From: Selaginella moellendorffii
Lineage: Eukaryota > Plantae > Lycopodiophyta
Reading direction: 5' to 3'
Assembly (NCBI RefSeq): GCF_000143415.4
Contig: NW_003314283.1
Coordinates: 1,788,330-1,852,329, forward strand
Length of the DNA stretch: 64,000 nucleotides
Numbering within the stretch: position 1 is the first letter of the stretch; every line of letters begins with the position of its first letter. Below are positions 26,500 through 39,238 of the stretch, in pieces. The notes beneath the pieces were generated by a model. The model saw nothing but the letters and a program-made list of their open reading frames with translations, was not told where the DNA came from and ran no database searches. Position numbers and translations under genes: made by a program.

Positions 26500-29400
26500 A
26501 CGAACACGGAAGCTCTGGGTTCAACTGAAGAAGCCACAAAAACCAGGACAAGGACGTGCACTAGCAACTAGCGCCTGGTAGGTAAGCCTCGTTGCATGTG
26601 GCATAGCATGTGGCCTCACGCCATTTCCATTGCAGGAATTCTCGAGTCTTCTCTCGAAAACACTGGGGGTCAATGACACACTCAGCATCCATAACATTCT
26701 ACTCACGACAAAAGTTGTTTTTGACAAATGGGTGGATGTGCTGAGGAGGTACCATGACGGGGAGTTGCTAAACTCAATGGGTGTGGAGGACGGCCGGAAG
26801 CCCAATGATTTGAAGCTCAACGCCTTGCGTTTCTCGCGGTCTCTAGACGACGACGACCTTCTGACAGTGGCTAATGCTCTTCTACATGGTGAGGTAGTCT
26901 TCAACAAGACCAAAATGACTCCCGGCCATATTGTGACATACGAGGACTTGTGCACGACTCTGAGAGCTCGTGCGCTATTGAAGGATTGGATCTTCGAGCA
27001 AGTGGCCGTGGAGAGGGTGAGCATCGACACCACGCAAGAGATGATGGAAGAGTTGGACTTGTCAAATGAAGACATCGACGACTACGTGAAGGGGGCCCCC
27101 AAGTTCATCGATCTGCTGCGGGATGCCACGAAAAGTAAAGCTGAGAAGTTGGATCAGTATCCAAATTTCATTAAGAGGGATGTCGACCGCCGGCTTCAGA
27201 AATAGCTCGACCCCGCAGCAGAGGCCTATCGAGAACCTTACCGGGTATACGTGAATTCGGATGAGGATCAAAGGTGGAGGAGCATCGTTTCCCGCGGAGA
27301 TGAGCAGGTCAAGAACATCTTTTGTGTGATGGACTTCACAAACGAGGAGATCACTCATGCAGACGAAGTCAACTCCATCATTGACTTAATGGTGGGACTT
27401 GCGGAGGTGGAATCTTCAGTCCACTATATGATCTACGACTCCGAATCCTATCACAAGTTCTGGAAGGCCTTGAACGAGGTGAAGGCTCGGTTGAAAGGCA
27501 AGGAGATGCAGGAGATCCATGGGATAATGGCTAAGAAGAAGATACCAACAAATGTCCGCATCTTCACACTCGCCCTTGTTATTGGTCCTGCAGCAGAGTG
27601 GGACTGGAGTGACTTCCCAGCTTCGTTCGACAAGGCCGATCGAATTGATCTGAGGGAGGTCAATTTACCCGTGCCTGAGGAACTGAAGACGGCTATGGAG
27701 CTTTCAAATCCAGAGAAAGCTCCAGGTGCAGCATGGGAAATGCTCAGCTGGGTCTTCAACGCAATAGCACCTGCTTCTGACTCCAAGGGCAAATGCGTTG
27801 TCGAGTACAACTGCGGCGGACTATTCTTTCGAGCCGCACTACTCAAGGGTGTCCTATGTGTTGCGGTGACAAACTCCATTGAAGAGGTGACTTCAATGAA
27901 GCATATAATTACAGTTGCCAAAGAAAAACAGTATCTTCTCTGCGAACCTGGTGAGTACGCACTTTAAGTTTAAATGTTATCTCACAAGCTCTGTATGCAG
28001 GAGCGTGGCCACCCCCAGATGCTGAAACGGCGTTAACAGCTACTGTTGGGCCGAGCTCACAACCTGCACAAGGTAAGGTCATGTGAGGCCTCACGCCATT
28101 TTGATTATAGATCGTTGTGAATATTCAGACACGAAGACTGAAAAGCGCACTGGTGGCGCGTCGAAGAAGGACAAACAGACAAGCAATAGGAAAAAAGGAG
28201 GTACAAATTATATTTGCAATGGCGTGTGGTCTCATGCCATTCCTTGCAGGAGACACTTCTTCAAAGGCAAAACAGGCAAGCACTAGCCAAGCTCAAACTG
28301 ACAGTGGTCATAAAAAGCGAAAGCACGTTGGACAGTCGTCGGGATCAAAGGCGTTTGATTCAAAAAGGAAGAAGGGCAACGAAAAGATGATAGGTACTGC
28401 CTCGCGGTCACCACCTCCTGACTCAGATTCCTATGGCGGACTCCCCTTCCCCAATCTCAATGGAGATGTACAATGAATGAGGGATGCTTTTCAAGTCAGG
28501 GCCACGTTTTTCTCATCTCGTCGTCTTCGAAGGGTGCAAGAACGTGCAGAAACCATGTTAAGACAGTCGGGTGAGGATACGGTCCTAGGTCACGCACTAA
28601 AACAGGCTATGGATGTCTTGTATTTTGAGATGGAGACTCGGCCAGATGATTTTCCCAAGATGGTCCTGGAAGAACAAGCCATCCAGCTTGAGCAGCCTAT
28701 GGAAGAAATGTAGGAGGGGGATGAGGAGCCAGAGAAAGATAATGAGGAAGAAGAGCAGAAAGACGAAGAGGAGGACAAAGAAGAGGAGGAAGAAGTAGAG
28801 GAGGACAAAGAGGACTTGGATGGTCCTCACAATGGTGACGATCACAATAACGACGATGACGATGATGATGACAATGGCCAGCCTGAGGTGGCCAAAGAGC
28901 AGCGGAGGAAGGTCATACAAGACAAACCATCAGGTAAATAATAGTACATCCATTCCTAACCTTTTACCATTTCTAACATTGTCCATGTAGGTTGCGAAGC
29001 AAATGGTAAGTAGAGATTATTCAGTTGAATTAAGATACAAACTCTAGCCTTTAGTGTCGAGGAAGGATAGTGCCAAGCAAGGGTCGAAACGTATGTCCAA
29101 TCCTTCAGAATCAACAGTGCGCCCAAGTGATATCGGTCCTAGTTCCTCAATAGCAGTTGATGGTAAATACAATATAGTCGATTCAATGTGCTAATGAGTT
29201 TGTTTTTAGTAGCCAGTAGGGAGGATACCATCTCAATCGAAGGGAGATATTTGGACATGCATATGGATCCGCCAGTGGACTCTACTTGCCTGCAAGAGTC
29301 ATCAGAGCTGGTGGAGGCTACTATCCATATCAACGCCAAGCAAGCTGACCACGCTCCACTTGATGCTGCCCATACCACTAAGACAATCTTGTCCACGTAT

Positions 29401-30707
29401 CCAACTGACGGTGACCAGGCGCCATTGGACCCGCATGAGGCCGCCCCAGCCGCCGAGCCGGTCATATCCTCATTTCCAACGGACTCAACGTGTGCCCAAT
29501 CGTCTGACTATGCGCCATTGGAACCTCCCTACACCGCCCCTGCTGCCTGTTCGGTCATGTCCACTTTGCCAACGGAGGCACCAGCTGAAATGGCGTGTGA
29601 TCACACGCCATCGGAACCACCCCATGCCACTGTTGAGCCAGTTGTACCAGAGTCTACAGCTGAAATGGCATGTGCCCACATGCCATCGGATGCAATTGAC
29701 CCCACATTGCAGAGGAGAGTATTTCCGCCCTTCACGTTTCCTCGACCAAAACCCTCTGAACGACCATCGGGAGCACCATTCGCTAATATTGTAGATGGTA
29801 AAATTGACTTGTACCATTTTTTATGCTAACGCATTTCATTTCAGAGTCACGGCGAAAGTACTATATCGTTTTTGATCTGAACGGTGTCCTTTTCTCCCAT
29901 GAGCGTGGCTCGTCCTCGAATGTCACTTCACCCTCCAAAGCCTGCGGTCGCAAGTTGGTCAAAAGAGACAGATTCACATTAATCACACGGGAGAAACTGC
30001 GGGATCTAATAATGACCATGCGACACTTAAAACAGAGGGCCGGGTTCAATTTGCAATTGGGAGTTTGGACATCCATGATGCGCCACAATGCATTAACGTT
30101 GCTACAGATGATGCACGATCAGACGCGAGTAATATTACTATTTGACTTTCTCCTAACGCAGGAGGATTGCTTGACTATGGTCCATGTGAGGGGTAGCAAG
30201 CCCATCTTTGTCAAGCCAGAGGCTGTAGTGATGAACCAGACTGCTAGGTCAAGTGAAATCCTCATCATCGATGACTCGTCGATTAAAACTGCAGCGAACA
30301 CGCACACATATGCAGTGCACCCCATCTCTTGCAGTATGGAAACTAGGGAGAAGAAACCATATGTTCTGGGGGACCTTGCAAAACGGCTTGGAGCGATGGT
30401 GATAGAGAACCAGCCAGTCCAGGAGGTGGCTGCAGAAATCAACCAAATGGCAGATGGAACGGTATATCAGAAGCCATTTGATCGGACAGACACCAGTCAT
30501 CATTTATGGCATGTATATTGTCTAGCCAAGCACTATCCGCATCTCCATAATCTGCTCAACCGGATGGGTTCTTCGACCACTGAACATGAGCGTGGATGTA
30601 TTAGAGAAGAGATGGCATTACTATTGGGTTTAAATCCTGATAGTGTGGAGAGTGATGAAATTCCAAGATTATTGTATAGGCGTTGGAGGCAAAAAATAAC
30701 AGTCTGA
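26500..30707 (+). pseudogene. 5'-deleted cargo gene of copy B (MTase-like, acidic, Pro-rich and FCP1-like exons; ParB-like part deleted)
   Basis: Matches the reverse complement of 45910-50175. Stops at 26578, 27203, 28474 and 28711. Confidence 0.85.
29845..30707 (+). CDS. FCP1/SCP (NIF-type) HAD-superfamily phosphatase-like terminal exon, copy B
   Basis: Motif I IVFDLNGVL, motif II LGVWTSM, motif IV ILIIDDS. Joined in frame to the upstream exon by intron 29798-29844. Confidence 0.8.
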
Positions 30708-31153
30708 GATGGCATGTATTTATTTAAAAATGTAACTTATTATGGCATGGGGTTCCATGCCATTGTATTAATATTAAAAGACAATTCTTTGAGAGGATTT
30801 GCATTATACTAGAAGTGTTACAGCATGTTATTGGAAGTCTACAAAGTTGTTTTATTAATAAGGGGAAAGTAAAGATTGAATGGGGACTTGGGCTCCACCT
30901 AGACTCGGAGCAACTGAGCCAATATTAAAAGGATGGAAAGAAATTGGACGACGATGACAAAGAGAAGAGAGAGGTGAAGCAGTGGCAGGGGGAGGAGAAG
31001 TGATTGAGTAGACATTTCCTTGTTTAAAATAAAATGGCATGTGCCTCAATGCAGTTGAATTTTGTTATATTTATATACTATATAAAGGTTTGGAAACCTT
31101 ATTTTACAAGTGGGATAATGACAATTCCCACTTTAACGAAATAGAGCTTTCAG

Positions 31154-31642
31154 GCGAAATATCTCCACCACCAGGCCCTGTCCAAAACTTGATTTCAAAC
31201 GCCTCGGTCCTTTCCCTATCACTACCATCATTAATCCTGTCACTTATCGCCTTGCACTTCCCTCCTCATATCAAATTCACCCCGTTTTTCATTCCTCTCT
31301 CCTTGAGCCTTATATTCCTAGTCCTATTCCCAATCAGGTCATTCCTCCACCTCCACCAGTGTAGCTCGAGGATGGGTCTGAGTATGAGGTTCAGGACATC
31401 CTTGATTCCAAGATTTCACGGTCTAAACTCTACTATCTGGTCGACTGGAAGGGTTACGGGCCTAAAGAACGCACTTGGGAACCTGCGGAGAACCTGATTC
31501 ATTCTCCTGACCTTGTTCAGGAGTTCCACCGCCGCTATCCTAGTCGTCCCAGTCCTTATTCTTTTTCTCCATCTCCCATCCCTTGCCGCTCATCTCATCC
31601 TCCTCGTCATTCTCATTCACATCCTCGTTCCACTCGTTCTTG
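31154..31642 (+). pseudogene. C-terminal integrase (GPF motif) and chromodomain of the chromovirus
   Basis: [10 protein letters not shown]...[10 protein letters not shown], then EYEVQDILDSK...YYLVDWKGYGPKERTWEPAENL. Confidence 0.9.
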
Positions 31643-31654
31643 AGGAGGGGGTGC

Positions 31655-32041
31655 TGTCAGGAATCCCCCAATTCTTGCCACATTCCTGACTCTCGCCGGA
31701 TTCCTGACCTGCAGACCACATTCCTGATTCTCAAGACACTTCCCTATTCCTGACTCTCGAGACACTTCCCTATTCCTGACTCTCAAGACACTTCCCGATT
31801 CCTGAGTCTCGAGCCACATTCCTAATATTGATGTGGCGCCTCCTCGACCTCAGCTATATTTAGGCCGTCCTCGATCCAAGAGTGGTGGAGCTTCATCAAC
31901 CTATAGTATATATAGGTTAGCCTTGTTTCCATTTCTCCACAATCTGAATCAACACCAGTCTAAGGCTTCTTCTTTGTTTCCACTAGCTTTTCTCTTTGTC
32001 TTTAGCCTTTTCTAGTCTTGATCTTGTTGGGGGTCTTGACA
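31655..32041 (+). repeat. 3' LTR of chromovirus (387 bp)
   Basis: Direct repeat of 14425-14810, followed by TSD GAGAG. Confidence 0.95.
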
Positions 32042-32469
32042 GAGAGGATAGTGAGGATAGTGATTATGAGTTGGAGATAAATGTGTGCGTGATGTTGTAG
32101 TATGTTGTGAGAGCATATATACTATTATATTGATCATTGCCTTTGTTTCCATTAGACGCTAGAAAATATATAGGGCATTTCTTAAAAGTTGTAGAATTGT
32201 AATTTTCTAAAACAAATAAGAGGGCATTCTTTTTCACCCAATTTGTTGCGCCCTCTGTCATTCCAAAAGACTACCATGAAATCTTTTTTGAGATGGTAAA
32301 GATAGAAATGGAAATATACGAGCACTATGTATATTATTGCGAAAAGAACACTCACAAGTATATAAAATGAAAAGTAAAATGAAAAAACAAATTTTTATTA
32401 ATTATATAAAGTATAATAAGTTTATATTATTGATAGAGAATAAACATCAATAGTGTTGGAGAAATTTAG

Positions 32470-35400
32470 TTAGCTCCAAATATTTTCTGCAACTCAACAA
32501 TAGTAAGGCTCGCTTGGTGTATATGAATATCCACTTTAGGATCCTAGTGCAAGATGTTAATGAAAATGTAGTATATATGCTTCCAAAGAGCATATGCCTT
32601 CCCATGTTCCTCGTGCTTTGTAAAGTCTAAACATGTGTAAAAAGGAAAGTCTTGAATGTCAATTATGTACTCTCCACCTTTTGTTTTGACTATATACTCC
32701 TTTGCAAACGTAGTGATGTATTTCGTGAAGAGAATCTCACACTCAAATGTTTGAGCCAAGTTTATTTTACCCTGTTTCTGTTTGGAGACAGTAGCAATAA
32801 ATTTAACTGCCTTACTTTTTCTTGCTAGCCTTCTGTGCATCTTTGTAAAAATAGTCTTGGTTCTATCACTCATGTTTCCAACTCTCCTCTCAAGATTGAA
32901 ACCATATTTCTCAAAGTTTTCAATCTCATCTAAGGTGAGTGCGACCCCATTAGCAACCGGCCATTCTTAAGGTATTGCATCAAGTTTAGGGTTTAGTCAC
33001 TATAGTGTCTTCAAGCCGCTTCATATGGTTGATGTCGGTGTTGCAATAATACAGCCAACACCATCTCAAAAATTTTGCTTGCTTTTGTTCCCCATAGAAA
33101 TATAGGGCTGGAATAGAAGTAGATTTGTCATCACGAATCCAGGCCCAACGCTTGCCCCTCAAAAGCATCCCCACACACCTTTGCATTTGATTTTACTAGC
33201 ATGCATCGGATTGCATATTGCTTTAGCTCCACGCTATGGTAAATGGTAATATCCTCACTGGAACATCCTAACTTCCCACCACCCTAACCATAACTTAAGT
33301 TGTGGTAGACAACTTACGTTCATATGGTGATCTTCACGCCACCACCTTTGGATTTCCTTTGCTTTTGCCTCATGCTCTTCTTCAGTGTGAGACACAAAAT
33401 CCCTAGGCCCCAAAGTGGAGCCGGAGGGGCACCACGTGGTAGTGGCTGAAGCGAAAGCCAAACGAGCGTAACACGTTTGGACAAAAGCTCCACCTTGAAA
33501 GGTCGAGAGCGGGAGTGGAACCCCTAACAAAGTGATTGAGGAATGAGCATGAAGCGAGCGATAAGCAAGGCTCCAAAAAGTGACCCAAAAAGGACTAACA
33601 CATAACACGTGGAAGTGTCCGAGATGGACCCGAGTTGGAGTCCAAAGTGGAGTCCGAAGTGGAGTCCGAGAAGGACCCCGAGATGGAGTCCGAGGTGGAG
33701 TCCGAGGTGGACCCGAGATGGATCCGAGATTGAGTCCGAGACAGACCCGAGATGGAGTCCGAGATGGACCCGAAATGGACCCGAGATGGAGTCCGAGATG
33801 GACCTGAGATGGAGTCCGAGATGGACCCGAGATGGAGTCCGAGATGGACCCGAGATGGAGTCCGAGATGGACCCGAGATGGACCCGAGATTGAGTCCGAG
33901 ACAGACCCGAGATGGAGTCCGAGATGGACCCGAAATGGACCCGAGATGGAGTCCGAGATGGACCTGAGATGGAGTCCGAGATGGACCCGAGATGGAGTCC
34001 AAAATGGAGTCCGAGATGGACCCGAGATGGAGTCCGAAGTCGAGACCGAGACCGGGACCGAGACTGAGACCGAGATCGGGATCGAGACCGAGACCGAGAT
34101 CGGGACCGAGACCAAGACCGAGCCCGAGTTCGAGTCCGAGTCCGAGTCCGAGTCCGAGTCCGAGTCCGAGTCCGAGTCTGAGTCCGAGTTCGAGTCTGAG
34201 AGGGTGAAAGCCCAAAGCGTTCGTTTCCTAGACCCTGGGTGGTTTGGTGAGCTCCAAAAGTATAGTAGGGGGAGGACTGAAGTGGAGCCAGTTTGGCCAG
34301 GAAAGGCCAGTTTGGCCCAGGAAGGCCGGACCCAGTGTTGGGTGATGAGCTGCCCACTGGGAAGTCCAAGACTAGAGTGAACACAAACTGACAAGTAAGG
34401 TAGCTTGGTGAAGTGTTCAAGAGCCGGCTCTAGTTCCCCGGGAGATCGACTGGCCGATGCTCCCAGTCCAAGTGTGGGTGGCACTACCTACTTGGATACC
34501 TGTCGTGGCTCAACGAAACCTCGCTCTAAGCCCATGGCTAGAGCACCTAAAGGTGAAAGGCGGGGAGAGTACCCATGAGGCTTGCGTAAGGCCACGGTGT
34601 TTCGAAATGTTGTCCCAAAGTCCCAAACAGTGAAAGGGAAGAGGAGTAGGCCTCTAATGCAGTGACCAAGGATATGGTCACATGGTGAGGAAGTCCCAAA
34701 GGATAGTGGGACTTAGCGGTCAGGCCTGTGGGCCTTGATCCAGTGGCAGTGTTGGCAAACACGGCCATGGACTAAAAGGGACTTGGTGGGGACTGAAAAA
34801 GAGTTGTCGGGGAAGGCTATTCCCCATGTCTGCGGGCATCCTAAGGATGCTAAGGAGTAGATCTGGGATGATCGCTCATGGACGGATGGCCCAGTCTTTG
34901 AGAGACGGGATTATGATGCAGGTGGCGTTAGACCACCAGTGTGACCAAGGTGAATGGGCATGGCCTAGCGTAACGGGCTGGTATGTCGGTGGTACCTTGG
35001 GGTGTTGGTCATGGGATTGGACACGTGGAGCACTTGGACCAAGTGCAAAGGTTGAGTGGCATGGATGCCATTCTCAGGGCTTGCAAGCCCCAAGTCCTAA
35101 CTGGGACTTATGGAGGTTGTGAATGAGACTCCTCCAAGTGGTCGGAGGTGCAGTTAAGTGACTAAAGTAAAATGGAAAAATTAATCGCTTACATTCAGAA
35201 GGTGCAATCTATCATTGTTTGCACAACTTCTTAAACATTATTGAAACTTTGGCTTGATAAGGTGGTAGTGTTGGTTTAGGCTTTGAGCCCAATGGAACTC
35301 ACAAGTCTTCTTAGGACCTTCCAATGGTTGACCATTCCCAAAAACTGCTTGGACACCATTCTAGTTTGCATTAGCCCCATCTACCATGAAACCGTAAAAG

Positions 35401-36620
35401 TTTGTAGGCTTACCAGTCTGCTTTAGGACAATATTGGAGAGGGACTTCGAAAATATTTCCTAGGCTGTCTGGTCTTGTACATTAAACTATACTATTGCAA
35501 TTGTCAAGTTATAATGTAGCCTGTGAAAACACAAGTATTACAACAGTTTTAATATAATGAGAATAAAAATTACCTTGGATCATACACATAAGCTCGCACA
35601 ATTTGATACGCGCTCTATATAGTAAAAATGTACCCATGCATTTGCAAGGTCACTAGACCCAAATATGTCCATTCGAGAGACAAGATCTACACCAGAGGTA
35701 GGGTCTATTGTAGACATTTTGAAGACGAAGGGGCACACTTGCTTATTCATAATTTGGTCTAGAAATAAACTTCTGTGGATGAACTCATATGGACAAGTCT
35801 GTTTCAATTCAAGGATAAAGTCAATTTTTGATTGAAACTTCCCCTCTCAAGATTCACACATCCAAGATGTTATCCTAAACAATATAATGTAAGAAAAAGA
35901 GATTATGACAACATATGAAATATAACGGACGTACCTCCTTAGGCTAGTAGCAAGTTGTATTCCTATAGTTTCTTCCTGCACAACATCTTTGAAATGGTTG
36001 AAAGAACTCCTTTGTATCCCTTTCTACATTGGATGCATGTTTATGCCAACATGCACTGTAGCTCTTTCAGCCACTCCATCTCGTGGAAAAAAGTAGTATA
36101 TCTTAGCCTCGCAGATAACACGACATAGAGGAGCATTTTTGCAAAATTGACACTTGAATCCAATAGCAATGGTATCACAGGTTGGAGGATTAACTGCAGA
36201 CCCTTTGAAAAATATAGAATTTTTATAGTGCTCTCGATTGCATGCTTCATCCATGTAATGTAAATGCCCACCACAATGAATTATAAACACTGTGCCTCAA
36301 AATGTTAAAAGTGTGTGGTAATGATTTTGCACCAATTGTGGACATCCTGCTTGGTTTCCATCCCCTTCCATTTGGAACCTATGCTATTGACAAGAGGTGG
36401 TAGCTCAAAGAAAATGTTGTCATTGTAGGAGGATGGAAGCTCACTCATAAGCCTATACAAAAACAAGTGCACATCGATTGAGAGCTACGAAAACTGGAAA
36501 GCATTGTTAACGGCTTTGAATATTGTTGAAGCTGGAGCTGGAGTTAGAGCTGGTGAATTCGGCGTCAACACTAGCATGACTTCTCCACTTGAACTAAAAG
36601 AGAACAAAAGGATAATGACT
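32470..36620 (-). pseudogene. Decayed MULE-like transposase with C-terminal SWIM zinc finger (element M1), split by a solo LTR
   Basis: SWIM remnant YTCLDF...LWKHIYYIF (32544-32873). GFMVDGANAN*NGVQAVFG near 35340-35400. Homologous to 43430-45480. Boundaries are approximate. Confidence 0.65.
33386..35193 (+). mobile_element. Solo LTR of the microsatellite-LTR family
   Basis: TGTGAGACAC...CGCTTACA, flanked by 5-bp TSD TTCAG (33381-33385 and 35194-35198). Confidence 0.95.
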
Positions 36621-36674
36621 GACTCTTGATTCACATTCATTTTGGCCGGAGCGCATTTTGGCATTTTGACTAGA

Positions 36675-37000
36675 GATCCAAACACTCGAATCTCTTTCGA
36701 CTTGGAATTCTGTAAATCCCATTGTTGTCCACCCTCACCCACACCATAAAGAAGAAACTCTGAGTTTGCAACTAAACTAGTGTCGTTGCAAATCACAGCA
36801 TCTAAAGAAATAGAGCCAAGACGAAGATCAAAATGCCGATCTAAAAATTCGAATCTCCTTCGACTTAGAATTCTGCAAATCCCATTGTTGTCCACCCTTG
36901 CCCACACTAGAAAGAAGAAACTCCAAGCATACAACTATACTGATGTCATTGCGAATCACAGCCTCTAAAGAAATAGAGCCAAGACAAAAATCAAAACACT
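36675..37000. repeat. Diverged tandem duplication of ~160 bp
   Basis: TCGAATCTC...TCGACTT...AATCCCATTGTTGTCCACCC...TCTAAAGAAATAGAGCCAAGAC occurs twice. Confidence 0.8.
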
Positions 37001-38580
37001 GACATAAAAACATTCAAAAACAATACTCTTAGAGAATGAAAGGGGTGGGTAATCTCGAAAATAAAGAAGAAACCTCTCCAGGTTTTGGAGTTCTCTCTTT
37101 ATGCTACTTGTAAAAATCCATAGTGAAACATAATTGAAATTTAAATAGGGAATAAGAAGATTATCAATAATATACAAAATGAATTTAAATTCTATAGCAA
37201 ATTTAATATGTGCAAGTGTGACAATATTAATATTAATATCATCTATTATGATGTCTAATGCATATATACACATAGATCCAAGGAAGGATTTTCAGCACGT
37301 AAATTTTGATAGTCAATAATGATATCAGTAATGACATTTTACTATAGCGTGTCAATCCAAAAGATCCAATCTAATTGTCAGTACATGTGATGTGTCAAAT
37401 TGTCAAATCTTAAGTGGTAGATGATAATAAATCTTGTCAAATTTTATTCTTCAATGACAGATTTGATTTGTAGTACAACTGAAGTTTTATCCATAATTGT
37501 TAACACTTAATAACATTTAAAGCACGTGCTGTAGCGCACGTGGTTTTTACCCTTTATCCTATAGTGATTTACCATAGGATAATACCACGAAGCAGAACCT
37601 AAACCCTCCATGTGCCACATGTCATATGCCACGTGTTCATAGGACAGTGGTGTGGAACCTGAGGTTCAAGGCCTTGGGCCACTGAACGAAGGAACAATGC
37701 CAAACTCCCAAGCATAGAGCCAAGGAGTGATGGAACCGGACCATGGAGCAACCCCCAAGCGTATAGCCCAAGGAGCGAAGGAATAGGGACACAGAGTGAC
37801 TTGGAACAGTCCTAGAGTATCTAACATCCTAATACCAGAACCAGCACGCAAAACAGGGCCAAACGGAATCTGGTGCTATTTTAGCATACTAGTGGCCTAA
37901 CACGAGAACATAGGTACTCCACCAACTAGCATGGTGTGGAGCTTAGGCTTAGACCCAAGTTGGACACAGAACAAGGATAGGCACACAAGCGAGCTAGATT
38001 ATGCTTCAAGTTGGTCGGCCATGCCTGACCTACCCACTATCCCTACTATACATTTGGAACCCCCTATCGTGGCAATAAGGAAAGAGTGTCCGTAAAGACT
38101 AGCCGACAGGTAACTTTTGATACCTAAAGTCACATTCGCAACACATGCCTATTGTTTAGGATCTAATATAACACAAAATAAATTTCTGGATGAGAACTCA
38201 TCCATTCATAGATGGATATAGTACAACATATTTTAACATGCCTTATTTATACTCTTTAAAGTTCTTGTAATGATTCCAAAATATATACAAAATATTGATG
38301 AGAATAATTTGTAAAAAATAATTTCATATCTCTAATAACAGAAACATTGATAGGTGCTAGTTATTTCATCATTAAAATATAAAAAATAAAGAACCATAAT
38401 TCACATATAATAATAATGATAAGATAAAATAAGATCAAAGATATTGTGATGGTTGAGATTTAGGTTATTTGGAATGAACAGCCAGGATGAGAGATTGGTT
38501 CTTAGGGCAGCCATCAGAATTAAGGTTAGGGTAGCCACCAAAAGTAAGTTACTATTTGCACCGTGAGTGGAGCGCGCGAG

Positions 38581-38773
38581 AGATCAAGGGATTGAGCATG
38601 AAAGAGATTGAAGGATTAAGCATGAAGGAGATCGAGGGATTGAGCGTGCAAGAGATCAAGGGATTGAGTGCACAAAAGATTGAGCGATTAAGCACGCAAG
38701 AGATTGAGGGATTGGGTGTGTAAGAGATTGAGTGATTGAGTGCACAAGAGATTGAGGGATTGAGCGTGGAGCG
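38581..38773. repeat. Eight degenerate 24-bp tandem units (AGATYRAGGGATTGAGYRYRCAAG)
   Basis: Directly visible periodicity. Confidence 0.85.
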
Positions 38774-39238
38774 CGTAAGTGAAAGAGATCGAGTGCGGGA
38801 GAGTGCAAGAGATAGAGCACACCAGTGTGAATATGAGTTGAGATTGAGAATGAGAGAGTGTGAGAAATCCAACACGATTGAGAGATCGAGAAAGAAAGAT
38901 GCCACCAAGGGTTAGTTTCAATTCAATTGCTTCCACTTCCATGTTTTTTCTTCTTGCTTCTATCACCTTCTATCGCTGGCCCAAGCTCGACCTTGGGCAC
39001 TTTGGAGGGGCTGAGGTTATTTGAATAACCTCGACCCCTCGGGTAGCCAAAGTGCTAGAGGTGGAGTTTGGGCCCACTTGATATTTTTTTCTCTTTGACT
39101 GTTTGAATTTCTTATTATCTTTATTTATTTTGACTAACAAAATTTTTTCTCTTGCAAAAAAGGAAAATTGTACCACATAAAAAAGTTGTTGGATCCAAGA
39201 AGACACGCGAAGTTTAATTTGGCACTGACAACAACAAA

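Larger units (their letters stand above)
19124..31149 (-). mobile_element. Large TIR DNA transposon, copy B (12,026 bp), inserted in the chromovirus integrase
   Basis: TIRs at 19124-19147 and 31126-31149. 4-bp TSD TCAG at 19120-19123 and 31150-31153. Removing the element restores the integrase reading [25 protein letters not shown]. Confidence 0.97.
14425..32041 (+). mobile_element. Ty3/Gypsy chromovirus (Tf1/sushi/Tcn1-like) LTR retrotransposon, ~5.6 kb of its own sequence, interrupted by TIR copy B
   Basis: LTRs at 14425-14810 and 31655-32041 (TG...CA). 5-bp TSD GAGAG at 14420-14424 and 32042-32046. Domain order is gag-PR-RT-RH-IN-chromodomain. PPT GAGGAGGGGG at 31642-31651. Confidence 0.96.

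Noticed and set aside
29823-30707. Stand-alone host CTD-phosphatase gene
   Set aside because: It lies inside the TIRs in both copies, its ORF-track start falls in an intron, and it splices in frame to upstream cargo exons.
1-31149. Copies A, B and C as a segmental inverted duplication or assembly error
   Set aside because: Similarity stops exactly at the TIRs, B and C have their own TSDs, and each copy has private mutations and indels.
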